Source: a virus. From it: DNA of 64,000 bases. The stretch spans positions 1 through 64,000 of the IMG/VR virus record IMGVR_UViG_3300042898_000852; one strand, given 5' to 3'. The translations under genes were made by a program, and so were the position numbers. The notes under the pieces were generated by a model, which worked only from the letters and a program-made list of their open reading frames with translations, ran no database searches and was not told where the DNA came from. The stretch's first letter is position 1; every line of letters begins with the position of its first letter. Positions 1 through 10,900 of this stretch are shown here, in pieces.

Positions 1-458
1 GCCACAAGATGTTTGAACATGTCATGAGTCATACCAAACACATCTTCTATAGCTTTTTGTGTTTCTCTGCTGTCACCTTGACTTTCGTCTTGATCTAGAT
101 TTTCTTGTTCTCGTCCATTGACAGTAAACTTTAAAACGTTGGGCTTACGACCACGTTCAATATGATAGTCCACTCCGTCTTTTTCAAAACTCATGGTAAC
201 CAACATGCCTTTGTTGTTGATTTTGTTTACAAGATTATCTTTCTTGATGTTGGTTAATGCATTGCCATAGATAGCATAACTCAGGCCGTTGATGATTGTG
301 GTCTTGCCTGTGCCATTTCGAGCACCGCTATCGTCACCACCTAGATCAAGATTCTCGCCTAAGACTAATGTAAGTTGTCCTCGATCAAAATCAATGGCCT
401 GTGTTTGTGCGCCTACGCTCATGAAATTACGCACGGTTAAATTCTGTATCTTAATCAT
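1..458 (-). CDS. Recombination endonuclease ATPase subunit (T4 gp46 / SbcC-Rad50 family); 5' part only, runs off the window edge
   Basis: Manual translation MIKIQNLTVRNFMSVG...GARNGTGKTTIINGLSYAIYG contains the Walker A motif. The ATG overlaps the gp47 stop (ATGA at 455-458). Not in the ORF track because it is truncated. Confidence 0.93.
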   Translation of the reverse strand, partial: MIKIQNLTVRNFMSVGAQTQAIDFDRGQLTLVLGENLDLGGDDSGARNGTGKTTIINGLSYAIYGNALTNIKKDNLVNKINNKGMLVTMSFEKDGVDYHIERGRKPNVLKFTVNGREQENLDQDESQGDSRETQKAIEDVFGMTHDMFKHLV

Positions 459-1465
459 AGGTCGTTATATATCTCCAACAGCAGACTCTTTTCAAAGGTA
501 TCGCTGTCAATGGCGTTTATCTGATTCATCACAATGGTGTCTACACTTTCAAAGTTGATATCAATCGGAGTTGAGTTAGCATCAACTTCAACTTTTTCCG
601 GAATTAACATGAGTTCTCGCAGTTTGTACTGCGGCATAAATGTTTCTTTGATGAAATTGGCTTCTTCAAAACTGAGAGGCAAATCAATAGTCACACGACA
701 GTGCATACGTTCTCGTAGCAATTGATCTGGTTTGTCAATGATCTGACTCAGTTTATATGTTCTAAAGGTAGGCTGACTAGGCCAAGACTTAAACTCAGGC
801 TCTCCACCCCACTCTAGCATCATCATACCACGATCGTCATCGCCTGCATCGGCATAGTTGTGAGGAAACGCATTACCGATATAATGTATGTTTCTACTGT
901 GTTGACGTTTGTGAAAGTGTCCTGTAAACACATATTCCTGATTTACAAAATGCCCAGACTGAATTGTGCCATGATCTGGCATCTGTATCATGGCATTCAT
1001 ATAAAAGCTAGGCAGTTCCAAATGTCCAAACATATATCTGCTTTTGATGTTAGGAATGTCCCGCCACTCATCGGCAACCAGCCAAGGCATAATAGTAACA
1101 TCGCCTAGCGTTAGCGTTTCTCTAATCGGAATAATATTAGGAAACAGGCGCATAAACTCTACGGAGTTAATCTCACGTTTGTCTTTGTAGAACAGATCGT
1201 GATTGCCTAAGATGAAATAGACTTTCTCAAATGATTGACTCAACTTCTCTAAGTTGCTGACAGTATAATTCATAGTACTAACATCTGTAGTACTACGATT
1301 GTGGTGCCAGTCACCTAGAAAGATAGCAGTTTCACAACCCTGTGCTTGAGCAGTATCACAAAACCAAGAAACAAAATCTTCGCAATCTTGATTGTGTGTG
1401 CGACTACCACCTTTTAGGCCAAAATGTATGTCAGTAAAACAAGCTACTTTTTTAAATAGGTTCAT
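455..1465 (-). CDS. Recombination endonuclease nuclease subunit (T4 gp47 / SbcD-Mre11)
   Basis: Metallophosphoesterase motifs DIHFG, GDWHH, GNHD, GHLE, GHFH; adjacent to gp46. Confidence 0.95.
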   Translation of the reverse strand: MNLFKKVACFTDIHFGLKGGSRTHNQDCEDFVSWFCDTAQAQGCETAIFLGDWHHNRSTTDVSTMNYTVSNLEKLSQSFEKVYFILGNHDLFYKDKREINSVEFMRLFPNIIPIRETLTLGDVTIMPWLVADEWRDIPNIKSRYMFGHLELPSFYMNAMIQMPDHGTIQSGHFVNQEYVFTGHFHKRQHSRNIHYIGNAFPHNYADAGDDDRGMMMLEWGGEPEFKSWPSQPTFRTYKLSQIIDKPDQLLRERMHCRVTIDLPLSFEEANFIKETFMPQYKLRELMLIPEKVEVDANSTPIDINFESVDTIVMNQINAIDSDTFEKSLLLEIYNDL

Positions 1466-1480
1466 AGAATCTCCTTAGTT

Positions 1481-1510
1481 ATTGTAACACATCTACAACA
1501 ACTAGGTCAA
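1481..1510 (-). promoter_or_regulatory. Sigma70-type promoter for gp47/gp46
   Basis: Minus strand TTGACC-N18-TACAAT with extended TG, followed by TAAGGAG SD. Confidence 0.6.
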
Positions 1511-2364
1511 TCCCAATCACTGCCATCCACTGAACTGGTACTAACAGCCCCACTGACTCCGTTTCCACTATTCTGTCGAGTCCAGCTTGGATTCATTCCA
1601 TTCATTTCTAGAATATCATCTCGAATATTTTGATTGCGTTTTTCAATATTAATGATTCTAACAAATGAGTTAGTAACAGCCGCAGTGTAGTAGGCAAAAG
1701 GATTGTCTGATTTTGATTCATCAAACTGTAAGCCAATCTGCGTTAGCTGTAAGATGGCCTGCCCACGCATTTCGTCGTTGTAAGTATATCCTCTAACATT
1801 GCCACGAGTGGCATATCTTTCACATAGTTTTATAAACATACGAGCTAGATTGTTAGTCATTTGTCCGTGTTCTTTGTTGAACTCGCCATCGAGTAATCCA
1901 CCTTTCCAATGGCTTTTTCCTACACAGATTAAATTGTCGTTGTCATCAAATTTCCAGTGCTGAAAAGGAGGAAAGTTAACTTTGTCGTGACTGTCAGCAG
2001 TATTCTTTAGAGTCTTTTTGCGCCCCGGCGCCAGCGGAATATGATCAAAAGTCATCACGCGAAATACTAAATCTTGCTTTTGCACCTTGCGATAGTCTAC
2101 TTCAAATTCTTTAATGGATATTTTTTTACCCCCGGCAATTACTGCCGCCTCGTGAGCCTGTTTGGCCATTTTTACAGCTCTGTTTCTTTTGGCTTCTGCT
2201 ACAGTTCTCACATTGATTTTTGCAAGATTAACAACAATAAGATCGTATTCGCTGTATTCGGGCAGAGTAAAACTACAATAGGTATTTTTACTAAGATGTA
2301 TTTCTCGGAGCAAATCCTTGTTGGTAAGGTATTTGATCTTGGGTGGCTGGACAATGATAGTCAT
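1507..2364 (-). CDS. Late-transcription sigma factor (T4 gp55-like)
   Basis: YLTNKDLL N-terminus; GYTYNDEM...FDESKSDNPFAYYTAAVTNSFVRII matches the gp55 family; gp55-47-46 order as in T4-like phages. Confidence 0.85.
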   Translation of the reverse strand: MTIIVQPPKIKYLTNKDLLREIHLSKNTYCSFTLPEYSEYDLIVVNLAKINVRTVAEAKRNRAVKMAKQAHEAAVIAGGKKISIKEFEVDYRKVQKQDLVFRVMTFDHIPLAPGRKKTLKNTADSHDKVNFPPFQHWKFDDNDNLICVGKSHWKGGLLDGEFNKEHGQMTNNLARMFIKLCERYATRGNVRGYTYNDEMRGQAILQLTQIGLQFDESKSDNPFAYYTAAVTNSFVRIINIEKRNQNIRDDILEMNGMNPSWTRQNSGNGVSGAVSTSSVDGSDWD

Positions 2365-2410
2365 TAAGTGTTATTCCTTTTAGTAATATAATAGCACATT
2401 TTACAAAGAA

Positions 2411-2416
2411 TAAATA
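2411..2416 (+). promoter_or_regulatory. Late promoter core (TAAATA) heading the baseplate operon
   Basis: TAAATA in the divergent intergenic gap; the same core recurs before many structural genes and resembles T4 TATAAATA. Confidence 0.65.
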
Positions 2417-2435
2417 GACAAAACGGATATTAATT

Positions 2436-3464
2436 ATGTCATTGTCTATAAACCCTATTAAAAATCTAGCATCAAGCATCGGCAGTAGTCTTGGTAATCT
2501 AGCCAATGCTGCAAATCAGTCTGCTGGCAATTTCAGTATGCCTAGTGTAAATTTTGACAAACAACATCTAGATGCCACTGTCAATAGACTAAGTGGTGGT
2601 TTTGGCAGCAGCTTGAATGGTATCACTGGCAAATTAAATTCATCTAGTGTTAGTAATTTATCCGGAACTGTGCAAAATTTTGCACAAAATGGTTTGACAT
2701 CACTGTCAGGAGTTGCAGGTAGTTTTGCCACAGCTGGTCGAGGTGTTATTGAGAACATCGCATCAGGCGGTAGTGTTGCTGGATTAGCCACTGGATTATT
2801 GAACGGTGCAGGACAACAAACTGCTGCCGCATTGGCAAGTATAGGACTTGATTTGATCAGTGCCGCTAGAGCAAAAAATATTCCCAGTACAGCCACTCTA
2901 GCACTAGGCGAAGAAGCTTCAGTGGTGCAGGTATATCCCGGTAAGGAAGGTGATTGGCGTATAAAAATTTATTCAGTATTTGGAGAACTAGTTTTTCCAA
3001 CAACACCAACATTTAGTTTATCAAACAAAGCAAACTACAACAATCAAGAGTTAGTCCACGCAAATTTTCCACACCCTGTTTATAAAAACAGCACTTCGGA
3101 CGATATTTCAATCAGCGGAGAGTTTCCAGTTGAAACCGAAGAAGACGCTGCTAATTGGTTGCGTACCATTGCTCTAGGTCGTGGCCTTACCAAAATGTTT
3201 TATGGCAAAAGTTCTTTTCAAGGAAATCCTCCTCCTATTTGTACCTTGTCGGGATATGGTGCAGTTTTAAAAGATATTCCCGTAGTAATAAAATCTTTTC
3301 AGGTTGATTTCAAAGATGATGTTCACTATATACTTGCAGCTGGTTCATCTGTACCTAGATTAAGCACCATACAAATTACCTGCCAACCTGTATACAGTAA
3401 AAGTTCTCAAAGAGGATTTGATTTCCAATCGTATGCCAAAAACGGCGGCAACATTCCTTTCTAA
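2436..3464 (+). CDS. Baseplate / tail-tube initiator protein (gp48/gp54-like) with a G/S/N-rich N-terminal extension
   Basis: C-terminal LVFPTTP...ISISGEF...PPPICTLSGYG...PVVIKSF pattern typical of tube-like baseplate proteins; lies before gp53. Confidence 0.6.
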   Translation: MSLSINPIKNLASSIGSSLGNLANAANQSAGNFSMPSVNFDKQHLDATVNRLSGGFGSSLNGITGKLNSSSVSNLSGTVQNFAQNGLTSLSGVAGSFATAGRGVIENIASGGSVAGLATGLLNGAGQQTAAALASIGLDLISAARAKNIPSTATLALGEEASVVQVYPGKEGDWRIKIYSVFGELVFPTTPTFSLSNKANYNNQELVHANFPHPVYKNSTSDDISISGEFPVETEEDAANWLRTIALGRGLTKMFYGKSSFQGNPPPICTLSGYGAVLKDIPVVIKSFQVDFKDDVHYILAAGSSVPRLSTIQITCQPVYSKSSQRGFDFQSYAKNGGNIPF

Positions 3465-3467
3465 TAT

Positions 3468-3779
3468 ATGGCAATTTATAAAAAAACTAGTCCCTGGTAT
3501 ATTACCAAACAAAATACACTTTACTTGGAATTATTGACTCTAAGAACAATTCCAACTTCCGATGATGATTTCAAATATGTCATTGAAAATCAATACAGAC
3601 ACCGCCCAGATCTATTGGCATTTGATCTTTATCAGGATGCAAAATTATGGTGGGTGTTTGCACAAAGAAACAGATCAATACTAAAAGATCCCATCTACGA
3701 TTTTTCTCCCGGAACTACAATTTTTTGTCCAGCTAGAGCCAATATTGATGCTGCCTTGTCAACCACTGCTGGAAATTAA
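3468..3779 (+). CDS. Baseplate wedge protein gp53-like (LysM/Tail X)
   Basis: YRHRPDLLAFDLYQDAKLWWVFAQRN motif. Confidence 0.85.
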   Translation: MAIYKKTSPWYITKQNTLYLELLTLRTIPTSDDDFKYVIENQYRHRPDLLAFDLYQDAKLWWVFAQRNRSILKDPIYDFSPGTTIFCPARANIDAALSTTAGN

Positions 3780-3781
3780 TT

Positions 3782-5698
3782 ATGGCGTTACCTAATATCT
3801 TAGAACAATTTACCTCATACAATTGTTTGTTTACATTTTCTTGTGCTAGTCCAGCACAGCTAAATTCTCAATCTTATCGCAGCGGCCCATTACCTAATGT
3901 CATTGTATCAAGTGGAGGTCGAGACGGTGCTGCAAGAGTACAAACAGCCTACGGTGCTCCTGAATATTACATTGACAATGTTTCAATAACAAATTTTGTA
4001 GTGCCTACTAAAGGCACAGGGTCGGGACCTTGGTCAAAACTTGAATTTGAACTATTTGAACCTTATAGTATGGGACTATTTCTTCAAAGCTGTCAGGCGG
4101 CCGCAATAAATTCGGGATACAAAAGCTATCTTGAGAATGCCGCCTATGTATTGAGACTGGAATTTCAAGGTTGGACAGGCCCCAGTTCCACTATGACTGT
4201 GGGTCCGTTTAATTGGTTGGTAAAATTAATGAATGCAAATTTTACAGTCAATGAAGCTGGCAGTACCTACAAGATAGAATGCTTCCCCTATAATCATGTG
4301 GCACTATCGGAGCAGATGAACAAGGTTTTCAACGACGTAAAACTTGTAGGCAAAAACAGTAACGAAGTACTAGTTGATCATCCTGAATATAGTTTGGTAT
4401 CCTTTTTAAATAAACGCGAAAATCAACTAGTAAAAGATAAGAAAAAAACCTATGAGGACAAATACAATATTGTATTTGTAGGAGATAATCCCTATGGCCG
4501 CGGCCCCGGCAATGATCTAGAGTTTACACCAGAAAGCCAAGGCGGAACTGAAAAACCCAAACGTGCAGGAGACATCTACGATGAAGCCAGCGGAAAAATC
4601 ATTAGAGGAAAAATGTCTATCAATCCCAAAGAAAAGTCTCTGCAATTTAGTCAAGATACCAGTATCACAAACATCATTGATCAGGTTGTTCTCAGCACCA
4701 AAGAAGCTAGAGATCGAGTAACCAAGGAAGACCTAATTGATGATCAAGGCCGTGTAACTTGGTGGAAAACTGATGTTGATGTTAAACTTTTTGAGAAACA
4801 ATTTGATCCTAAACTTAAGGATTATGCTAAAGATATTACTTTTAGAGTGCAGCCTTATAAAATACATCACAGTGCTTACCTATCGCCAGAAGGCACAAGT
4901 AAAGGAATAGCAGGCTGCAAAAAAGCCGCACAAAAAGAATACAACTACATATACACTGGTCTAAACACAGATATCATTAAATTCAACATTGACATTAAAA
5001 ATATGTTGTTCACAGCCATAGATCCCAACAAGGTTGAAGACTCTGGCGGAGTTGCTAGTGATTCTACAGGTCGATCAGTAACCGGCCCCAAGATGTCCAG
5101 CAAACAAGCCGAAGGAGCCGCAGCTCCGTCAGTGGGAGGAAATGCTGCTCCTGCAAAATTTGATATGGTCACGGGAAATCTTCCGTTTAAAGGTGGATCG
5201 GGTCAAACCAGTACCGAACAAAAAATTGCCAATGAATTTTATATGGCCTATCTAAATAGTGTGGGAAATCAAGTTAATTTAGATTTAGAAATTTTAGGTG
5301 ATCCTTATTTCCTTCCTGAAGTTGGATACAGTAATTTTCATAGTGATAGTGATGATCAAGTAACTGAAAATGGAACCATGAATCACGAAGCCACTGATAT
5401 TTGGGTGGTGGTAAATTTTAGAACTCCCGCAGATCCAGATGCCGGAGCCGCAGCAGCAAATTTTCCCGGCGGCTATTATTTTCCCGAAGGTCAAAGTCCC
5501 AGTCCGTTTAGCGGATTGTTTAAGGTTACAAAAGCAGAAGCTAGATTTAAAGGAAATTTATTCACACAGGTAATATCAGGTTTTAGAATTCCTGCTCAAG
5601 ATCAAGGTGGTAGTGGTGGCGGTGTTTTTCCAACAACGACAGATAAACCGGAACCAGATAGCGGAACGTACATAAACAATCCCGGAAGCGCAATATGA
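3782..5698 (+). CDS. Baseplate hub protein (gp27 / GpD-like)
   Basis: LEILGDPYF and FSGLFKVTKAEARFKGNLFTQ C-terminal motifs; between gp53 and gp5. Confidence 0.7.
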   Translation: MALPNILEQFTSYNCLFTFSCASPAQLNSQSYRSGPLPNVIVSSGGRDGAARVQTAYGAPEYYIDNVSITNFVVPTKGTGSGPWSKLEFELFEPYSMGLFLQSCQAAAINSGYKSYLENAAYVLRLEFQGWTGPSSTMTVGPFNWLVKLMNANFTVNEAGSTYKIECFPYNHVALSEQMNKVFNDVKLVGKNSNEVLVDHPEYSLVSFLNKRENQLVKDKKKTYEDKYNIVFVGDNPYGRGPGNDLEFTPESQGGTEKPKRAGDIYDEASGKIIRGKMSINPKEKSLQFSQDTSITNIIDQVVLSTKEARDRVTKEDLIDDQGRVTWWKTDVDVKLFEKQFDPKLKDYAKDITFRVQPYKIHHSAYLSPEGTSKGIAGCKKAAQKEYNYIYTGLNTDIIKFNIDIKNMLFTAIDPNKVEDSGGVASDSTGRSVTGPKMSSKQAEGAAAPSVGGNAAPAKFDMVTGNLPFKGGSGQTSTEQKIANEFYMAYLNSVGNQVNLDLEILGDPYFLPEVGYSNFHSDSDDQVTENGTMNHEATDIWVVVNFRTPADPDAGAAAANFPGGYYFPEGQSPSPFSGLFKVTKAEARFKGNLFTQVISGFRIPAQDQGGSGGGVFPTTTDKPEPDSGTYINNPGSAI

Positions 5699-7470
5699 TT
5701 GAAAAAAGAGAAGACCAACGAGAAAATTCACAGGGTAGTCTTACCGGTGCTCCTTATTTGGCCAAAATAATAGGTCATGCAGATTTGTTGTTTCAAGGCG
5801 GGCTCGAAGTTGTGCTTATTAGAGATTCTGGAAATCAAGTAGGTAATGAAAGCCAAACCTATTTTGTAAAATATGCCAGCCCGTTTTATGGATGCACACC
5901 TTTTGAGTTTACTGGACAAAATGTCACAGCAGATGATGCCCAGATGAGCTATGGATTCTGGGGCGTTCCTCCTGACACTGGTGTAACTGGCATTGTGCTT
6001 TTCATAGACGGAAAACCAGATCAGGGATATTGGGTGGCAAATGTTCAAGATAAATTTCAAAATCACATGGTCCCTGCTATTGGCGGAACTACTGTATATA
6101 AAACAGATGAAGACTACAAGCAAGCAGAACATCCGTTGCCGGTAGTTGAACACAATAGAAAAGCCAATGAAGGTGACAAGAATTTAGAAATTGATAAAAT
6201 ACCTAGAGCTGTACATCCTATCGCTAGACGATTTAAAATCCAAGGACTAACTAGAGATGAAGTAAGAGGCACTACTACTTCTACATCAAGACGAGATGTG
6301 CCAAACATGGTGTTCGGAATGAGCAGTCCTGGGCCTGTAGATAGAAACGGCAAGAAAAAGTTTTTGGGAAATAGAGAAAGTCCTACGCCAGTTCCGGTCC
6401 CAGTTCAAAGACTTGGCGGAACACATTTTGTCATGGATGACGGCGATGATAGATACTATAGAGAAACAAAACCTACTGACGGATCTCCTACCTATGTAAA
6501 AAATCCCGAAGGACTAAAAGATATTCCCTACAACGAACATTTTAGAATTAGGACTAGAACAGGACATCAACTGTTATTCCATAATAGTGAAGATTTGATT
6601 TATATCGGAAACAGTAGAGGCACAGCCTGGATTGAATTTACCAGCGACGGTAAAATTGACATCTATGCTGAGGACAGTATTAATATTAGAACCAAACAAG
6701 ATTTTAATTTTGTTGCCGATCGTGATATTAATATGGAAGCAGGCCGTAATTTTAATATCAAAGTAAACGGAGAAATGCATACCCATGTGATAAAAGATCA
6801 CATTTTAATTGTAGATGCTAATCAAAAAATACACATTAAAATGGATGTTGATAAAACTTACGATAAAACTTATAAGCATAATGTAAAAGAAAATGTAGAT
6901 AAAGTTTATCAACAAAATTTTACGCATACAGTTTATAATTCAGTTAATGAAAATTTTGCAAGTCAAGGCGGAACAGTTAAAAATTCTAATGGTGGAAATA
7001 CGGATGTTACTATTAATGGAAATATAAAAATATCTCACAATGGAAGTTTAGATCATACAGTTACAGGCGACAGAAAAGTAACAACCGGCGGAACCCTTCA
7101 CATAAATTCGTCAGGACAACATATAGAAACTGCTTCTCAGATTCACATGAACGGACCAACAGCTGCCGCAGCTGCCGCAGCTGCCGCACCCGGAAGTGCA
7201 GCTCAAGCAGTGTTACCAAAAATATTAAAGACACATAGCCTTCCGGATCTTCCTGCACCTAACGAAGACGATGTGGATAAAAAAGTTATAGTGAGAAGAA
7301 TGCCCACAGCTGAACCGTACCCCTTCCACGAAAATCTAGATGCTACAAAAGTCAAACCAAGTCTAACAGATCGAGACGTAGATGGCCGCTACGAGGGAGA
7401 AAGTTCTAGTATGAGAACCCCACCAGTTGATTGGCGCAAATATAAAAAACCAAGCGATACTCCGTTCTAA
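5695..7470 (+). CDS. Baseplate central spike (gp5 / VgrG-like), no lysozyme domain evident
   Basis: N-terminal OB-fold (YASPFYG...SYGFWGVPPD); RIRTRTGHQLLFH...IEFTSDGKIDIYA; beta-helix repeats ending IHMNGP. Confidence 0.85.
   Translation: MIEKREDQRENSQGSLTGAPYLAKIIGHADLLFQGGLEVVLIRDSGNQVGNESQTYFVKYASPFYGCTPFEFTGQNVTADDAQMSYGFWGVPPDTGVTGIVLFIDGKPDQGYWVANVQDKFQNHMVPAIGGTTVYKTDEDYKQAEHPLPVVEHNRKANEGDKNLEIDKIPRAVHPIARRFKIQGLTRDEVRGTTTSTSRRDVPNMVFGMSSPGPVDRNGKKKFLGNRESPTPVPVPVQRLGGTHFVMDDGDDRYYRETKPTDGSPTYVKNPEGLKDIPYNEHFRIRTRTGHQLLFHNSEDLIYIGNSRGTAWIEFTSDGKIDIYAEDSINIRTKQDFNFVADRDINMEAGRNFNIKVNGEMHTHVIKDHILIVDANQKIHIKMDVDKTYDKTYKHNVKENVDKVYQQNFTHTVYNSVNENFASQGGTVKNSNGGNTDVTINGNIKISHNGSLDHTVTGDRKVTTGGTLHINSSGQHIETASQIHMNGPTAAAAAAAAAPGSAAQAVLPKILKTHSLPDLPAPNEDDVDKKVIVRRMPTAEPYPFHENLDATKVKPSLTDRDVDGRYEGESSSMRTPPVDWRKYKKPSDTPF
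7162..7188 (+). repeat. Perfect tandem repeat (GCTGCCGCA)x3 encoding poly-Ala in gp5
   Basis: Read directly from the sequence. Confidence 0.9.
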
Positions 7471-7481
7471 GGAAATAAATT

Positions 7482-7916
7482 ATGGCAAAAATATACACTA
7501 ACAAAGTCATTGCAAAAAACAAAGCCAGCATAGGAAATGCAAATTCTGGCAACTTTCGATACAAGGGATTTAGTTCTAAAGAATTCAAACGAAACTACAA
7601 GTTATACGATGCAGAATTGATCAAACAAGATCTTATCAACCATTTCTATATTAGAAAAGGTGAAAAACTAGAAAACCCCAAATTTGGAACAATTATCTGG
7701 GATACACTATTTGAGAATTTCACCCCAGAAATAAAATCGGCAATTGCCAAAGATGTTGAAGAAATTATTAATTTTGATAAACGTGTAAAAGTAAACTCAG
7801 TGTCCATAGACAGTACTCAACAAGGTATACGTATAGAAGCAGAAATAGTAATCCTTCCATTTGATATAACCGATACACTACGTTTGAATTTTGATAGAGA
7901 TAACACAATAACATAA
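7482..7916 (+). CDS. Baseplate wedge gp25-like
   Basis: LIKQDLINHFYIRKGEKLENPKFGTIIWD...FDKRV motif. Confidence 0.9.
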   Translation: MAKIYTNKVIAKNKASIGNANSGNFRYKGFSSKEFKRNYKLYDAELIKQDLINHFYIRKGEKLENPKFGTIIWDTLFENFTPEIKSAIAKDVEEIINFDKRVKVNSVSIDSTQQGIRIEAEIVILPFDITDTLRLNFDRDNTIT

Positions 7917-7944
7917 AATGCGCATTTTATTTTTACGATAAATA
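7913..7944 (+). promoter_or_regulatory. 18-bp perfect palindrome ATAAAATGCGCATTTTAT (7913-7930) followed by late core TAAATA (7939-7944) upstream of gp6
   Basis: Read directly from the sequence. Confidence 0.55.
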
Positions 7945-7962
7945 TCAGTATAGGGAAAGAAA

Positions 7963-10900
7963 ATGACCACTACGTCTCGACAGAACAATTTAATTTTAAA
8001 CCAGGACTGGAAAAGAATTTATCAGACCTTTAAAAATGCTGACTTTAAAAGCTATGATTTTGAAAATCTGCGTAGAGTTATTATTACCTATCTCCGTGAA
8101 AATTATCCAGAAGATTTCAACGATTACATTGAAAGTTCAGAATATCTAGCACTGATAGATGCAGTAGCGTTTTTAGGGCAGAGTTTGGCCTTCCGTACTG
8201 ATCTAGCCAGCAGAGAAAACTTTTTAGAACTAGCTGAAACCAAAGAATCTGTGTTGAGACTGGCACGACTGATTTCTTACAACAGCAGAAGAAATATTCC
8301 TGCACAAGGCCTAATTAAATTTGACACAGTGTCTACCACTGAAGGGGTATTAGACAGCAACAACAAGAATCTTGCCAGCCAAACAATCATATGGAATGAC
8401 CCTACTAATTCAAATTGGCTAGAGCAATTTATTCTAGTTATGAATTCTGCAATGGCAGACAACACTGAATTTGGTAGAAGCCAAGGTACAGACACAATTC
8501 AAGGCATTGACTCACAACAGTATAGATTTAGATCTAATTTTACAGATGTACCAATTTTTAACTTTGAAAAAATAGTAGCCAGTAGAAAGATGCCGTTTGA
8601 ATTGGTAAGTACCAGCTTTGTTGGCGCAGAAGATTATTATGAAGAACCGCCTATTCCGGGCAGTCAATTGGGATTTATCTATAGACAAGACGGCAAAGGC
8701 AGTGCTAGTGCTAACACTGGATTTTTTATGTTGTTGAAACAGGGCAGTCTAGAATTAACTGATTTTAGCGTTGATGTTCCTACTACCAACGAAGTGGTTT
8801 CTGTTGATGTTACTGGAATTAATGATTCAGATGTTTGGTTGTTTGCCACAAATTCAGACGGTACACAGGCATCTGAATGGACCAAAGTCAGTAGTATTAC
8901 AGGCAGCAACATTGCCTACAACAGTATCAATTCAAACATAAGAAATATCTATAGTGTGATTACCAAAGAAGATGATAAAATTGATTTGGTATTTGCAGAT
9001 GGTACCTATGGCAACTTGCCCCAAGGCGCTTTCAAAGCCTATTATAGAGTTAGCAACGGGCTAAGTTACACAGTTAGTCCCGCTGAAATGCGAGCAATTA
9101 ATATCTCTGTGCCTTATATAAACAAAGCAGGAGTGAGACACGAACTATTAATTAGTTGTAGTTTGAAATATACCATCAGCACTGCAACAGCTTCAGAAGA
9201 CATTGACAGTATCAAATCTCGCGCTCCTGCAATTTATTACACACAGAATCGCATGATCACCGGAGAAGATTATAATCTAGCTCCATTGTCTAGCAGCCAA
9301 GATATTTTAAAGGTCAAAGCTATTAATCGAACCAGCAGCGGCATTAGTAGAAATTTTGATGTAATAGATGCCAGCGGAAAATACTCAAGTGTAAATGTTT
9401 TCGCAGACGATGGAGTAATATACAAAGAACAAACAGAAAGAACAGAGTCTTTTAAGTATACTAATAGAATTGACATTATAAATTATATTAGAAACAATAT
9501 AGAACCCCTGTTGACCAACACGGATGTGTATAATTTTTATCTAACAAATTTCACTAAAATACAATTTACAGATTCAAATACACTTTGGGCTCAAACTACT
9601 AACGATGTAAATTCATCCACAGGTTATTTTATCAACAACATAGATCAATCATTGTTCAAAGTTGGAACATATACCACTAACTCTTTGAAATATGTGTTTG
9701 CGGGAGCACTAATTAAATTTGAACCTCCTGCAGGTAAGGCCTTTAAAAAGGGTGCAATTGTCAACATCAGTGCAACAGATGTAGAACAAACAGATAGAAT
9801 TTGGGTCAAGGTTGTTAAGATTACAGGAGATGGAACTAACGCCGGCCGCGGAGTATTAGCCAACGGACTTGGCCCTATTGTGTTTAATGATGTTGTACCT
9901 AGCGGAGCAATTGCAACACGGATCGTTCCTAGATTCATCAACAACTTGCCAACGGCTCTAGAAAATGAAATGACCAATCTCATCAGTTTAAATGTGAATT
10001 TTGGCCTAAGATATGAGTCTATAGAAAGTTCTTGGAAAATTATTACATCTGCAAACATTGATCTATTAAATGATTTCAGTCTAGGTCGTGCTGGAGACAC
10101 TACTAACAGTAATCTAGACACTGCCTGGATTATAGCGTTTGTTAGACAAGCAGACAGTTACAATGTAAGAATTAGAGGACTAGATTATATTTTTAGAAGT
10201 CTAGAACAGAACAGATTTTATTTTGATGTAAATCAAAAAACCTTTGATAGAAAAACTGGAAAAGCAGTTAAAGACAAAGTTAACATTCTTGGCATCAATG
10301 CCGACAATGGGTTGATTACTGCATTAAAAAATGACAAAACATTTGAAGTTAGTGATGTAATTAAATTTGAAGATGGTTATCAAAGCGCCAATGAAATAAA
10401 ACTGTCATTTGCTGATAGTGACGACGATGGCGTTATTGACAATCCTGATTCGTTTGAACAGATAGTTGGCCAAGATCTAGATCTAAAATACTTGTTTTTT
10501 TATAAAACAACAGATGCTTCCGGGTACACAACCTACTCTTATGTTGATAACGTCAATGACACTATCCTAATTAGACAAACTGAAAGTAATATCATTATTT
10601 CTGATTATGCCAACGGTCAATTAATTTATTTTTATGCCAGTAATGAAAACAGAATAAAGCGTGTTGATCTAGGCACTAACACATTGATAATCGAATCTGA
10701 TTACAAAGCAGTGATAGGTCGAGCAGACCTCAAATTTCAATATATTCACAATGCCAACATTGATCGAAGAATAGATCCTAGTGTAAGTAATATAATGGAT
10801 ATTTTTCTTTTAACAAGAACCTACGATACTGAATTTAGAAAGTATATATCGGGCGCCATAAGCCAACCCGAAGTTCCGACCAGTGACGCATTGAGAATAG

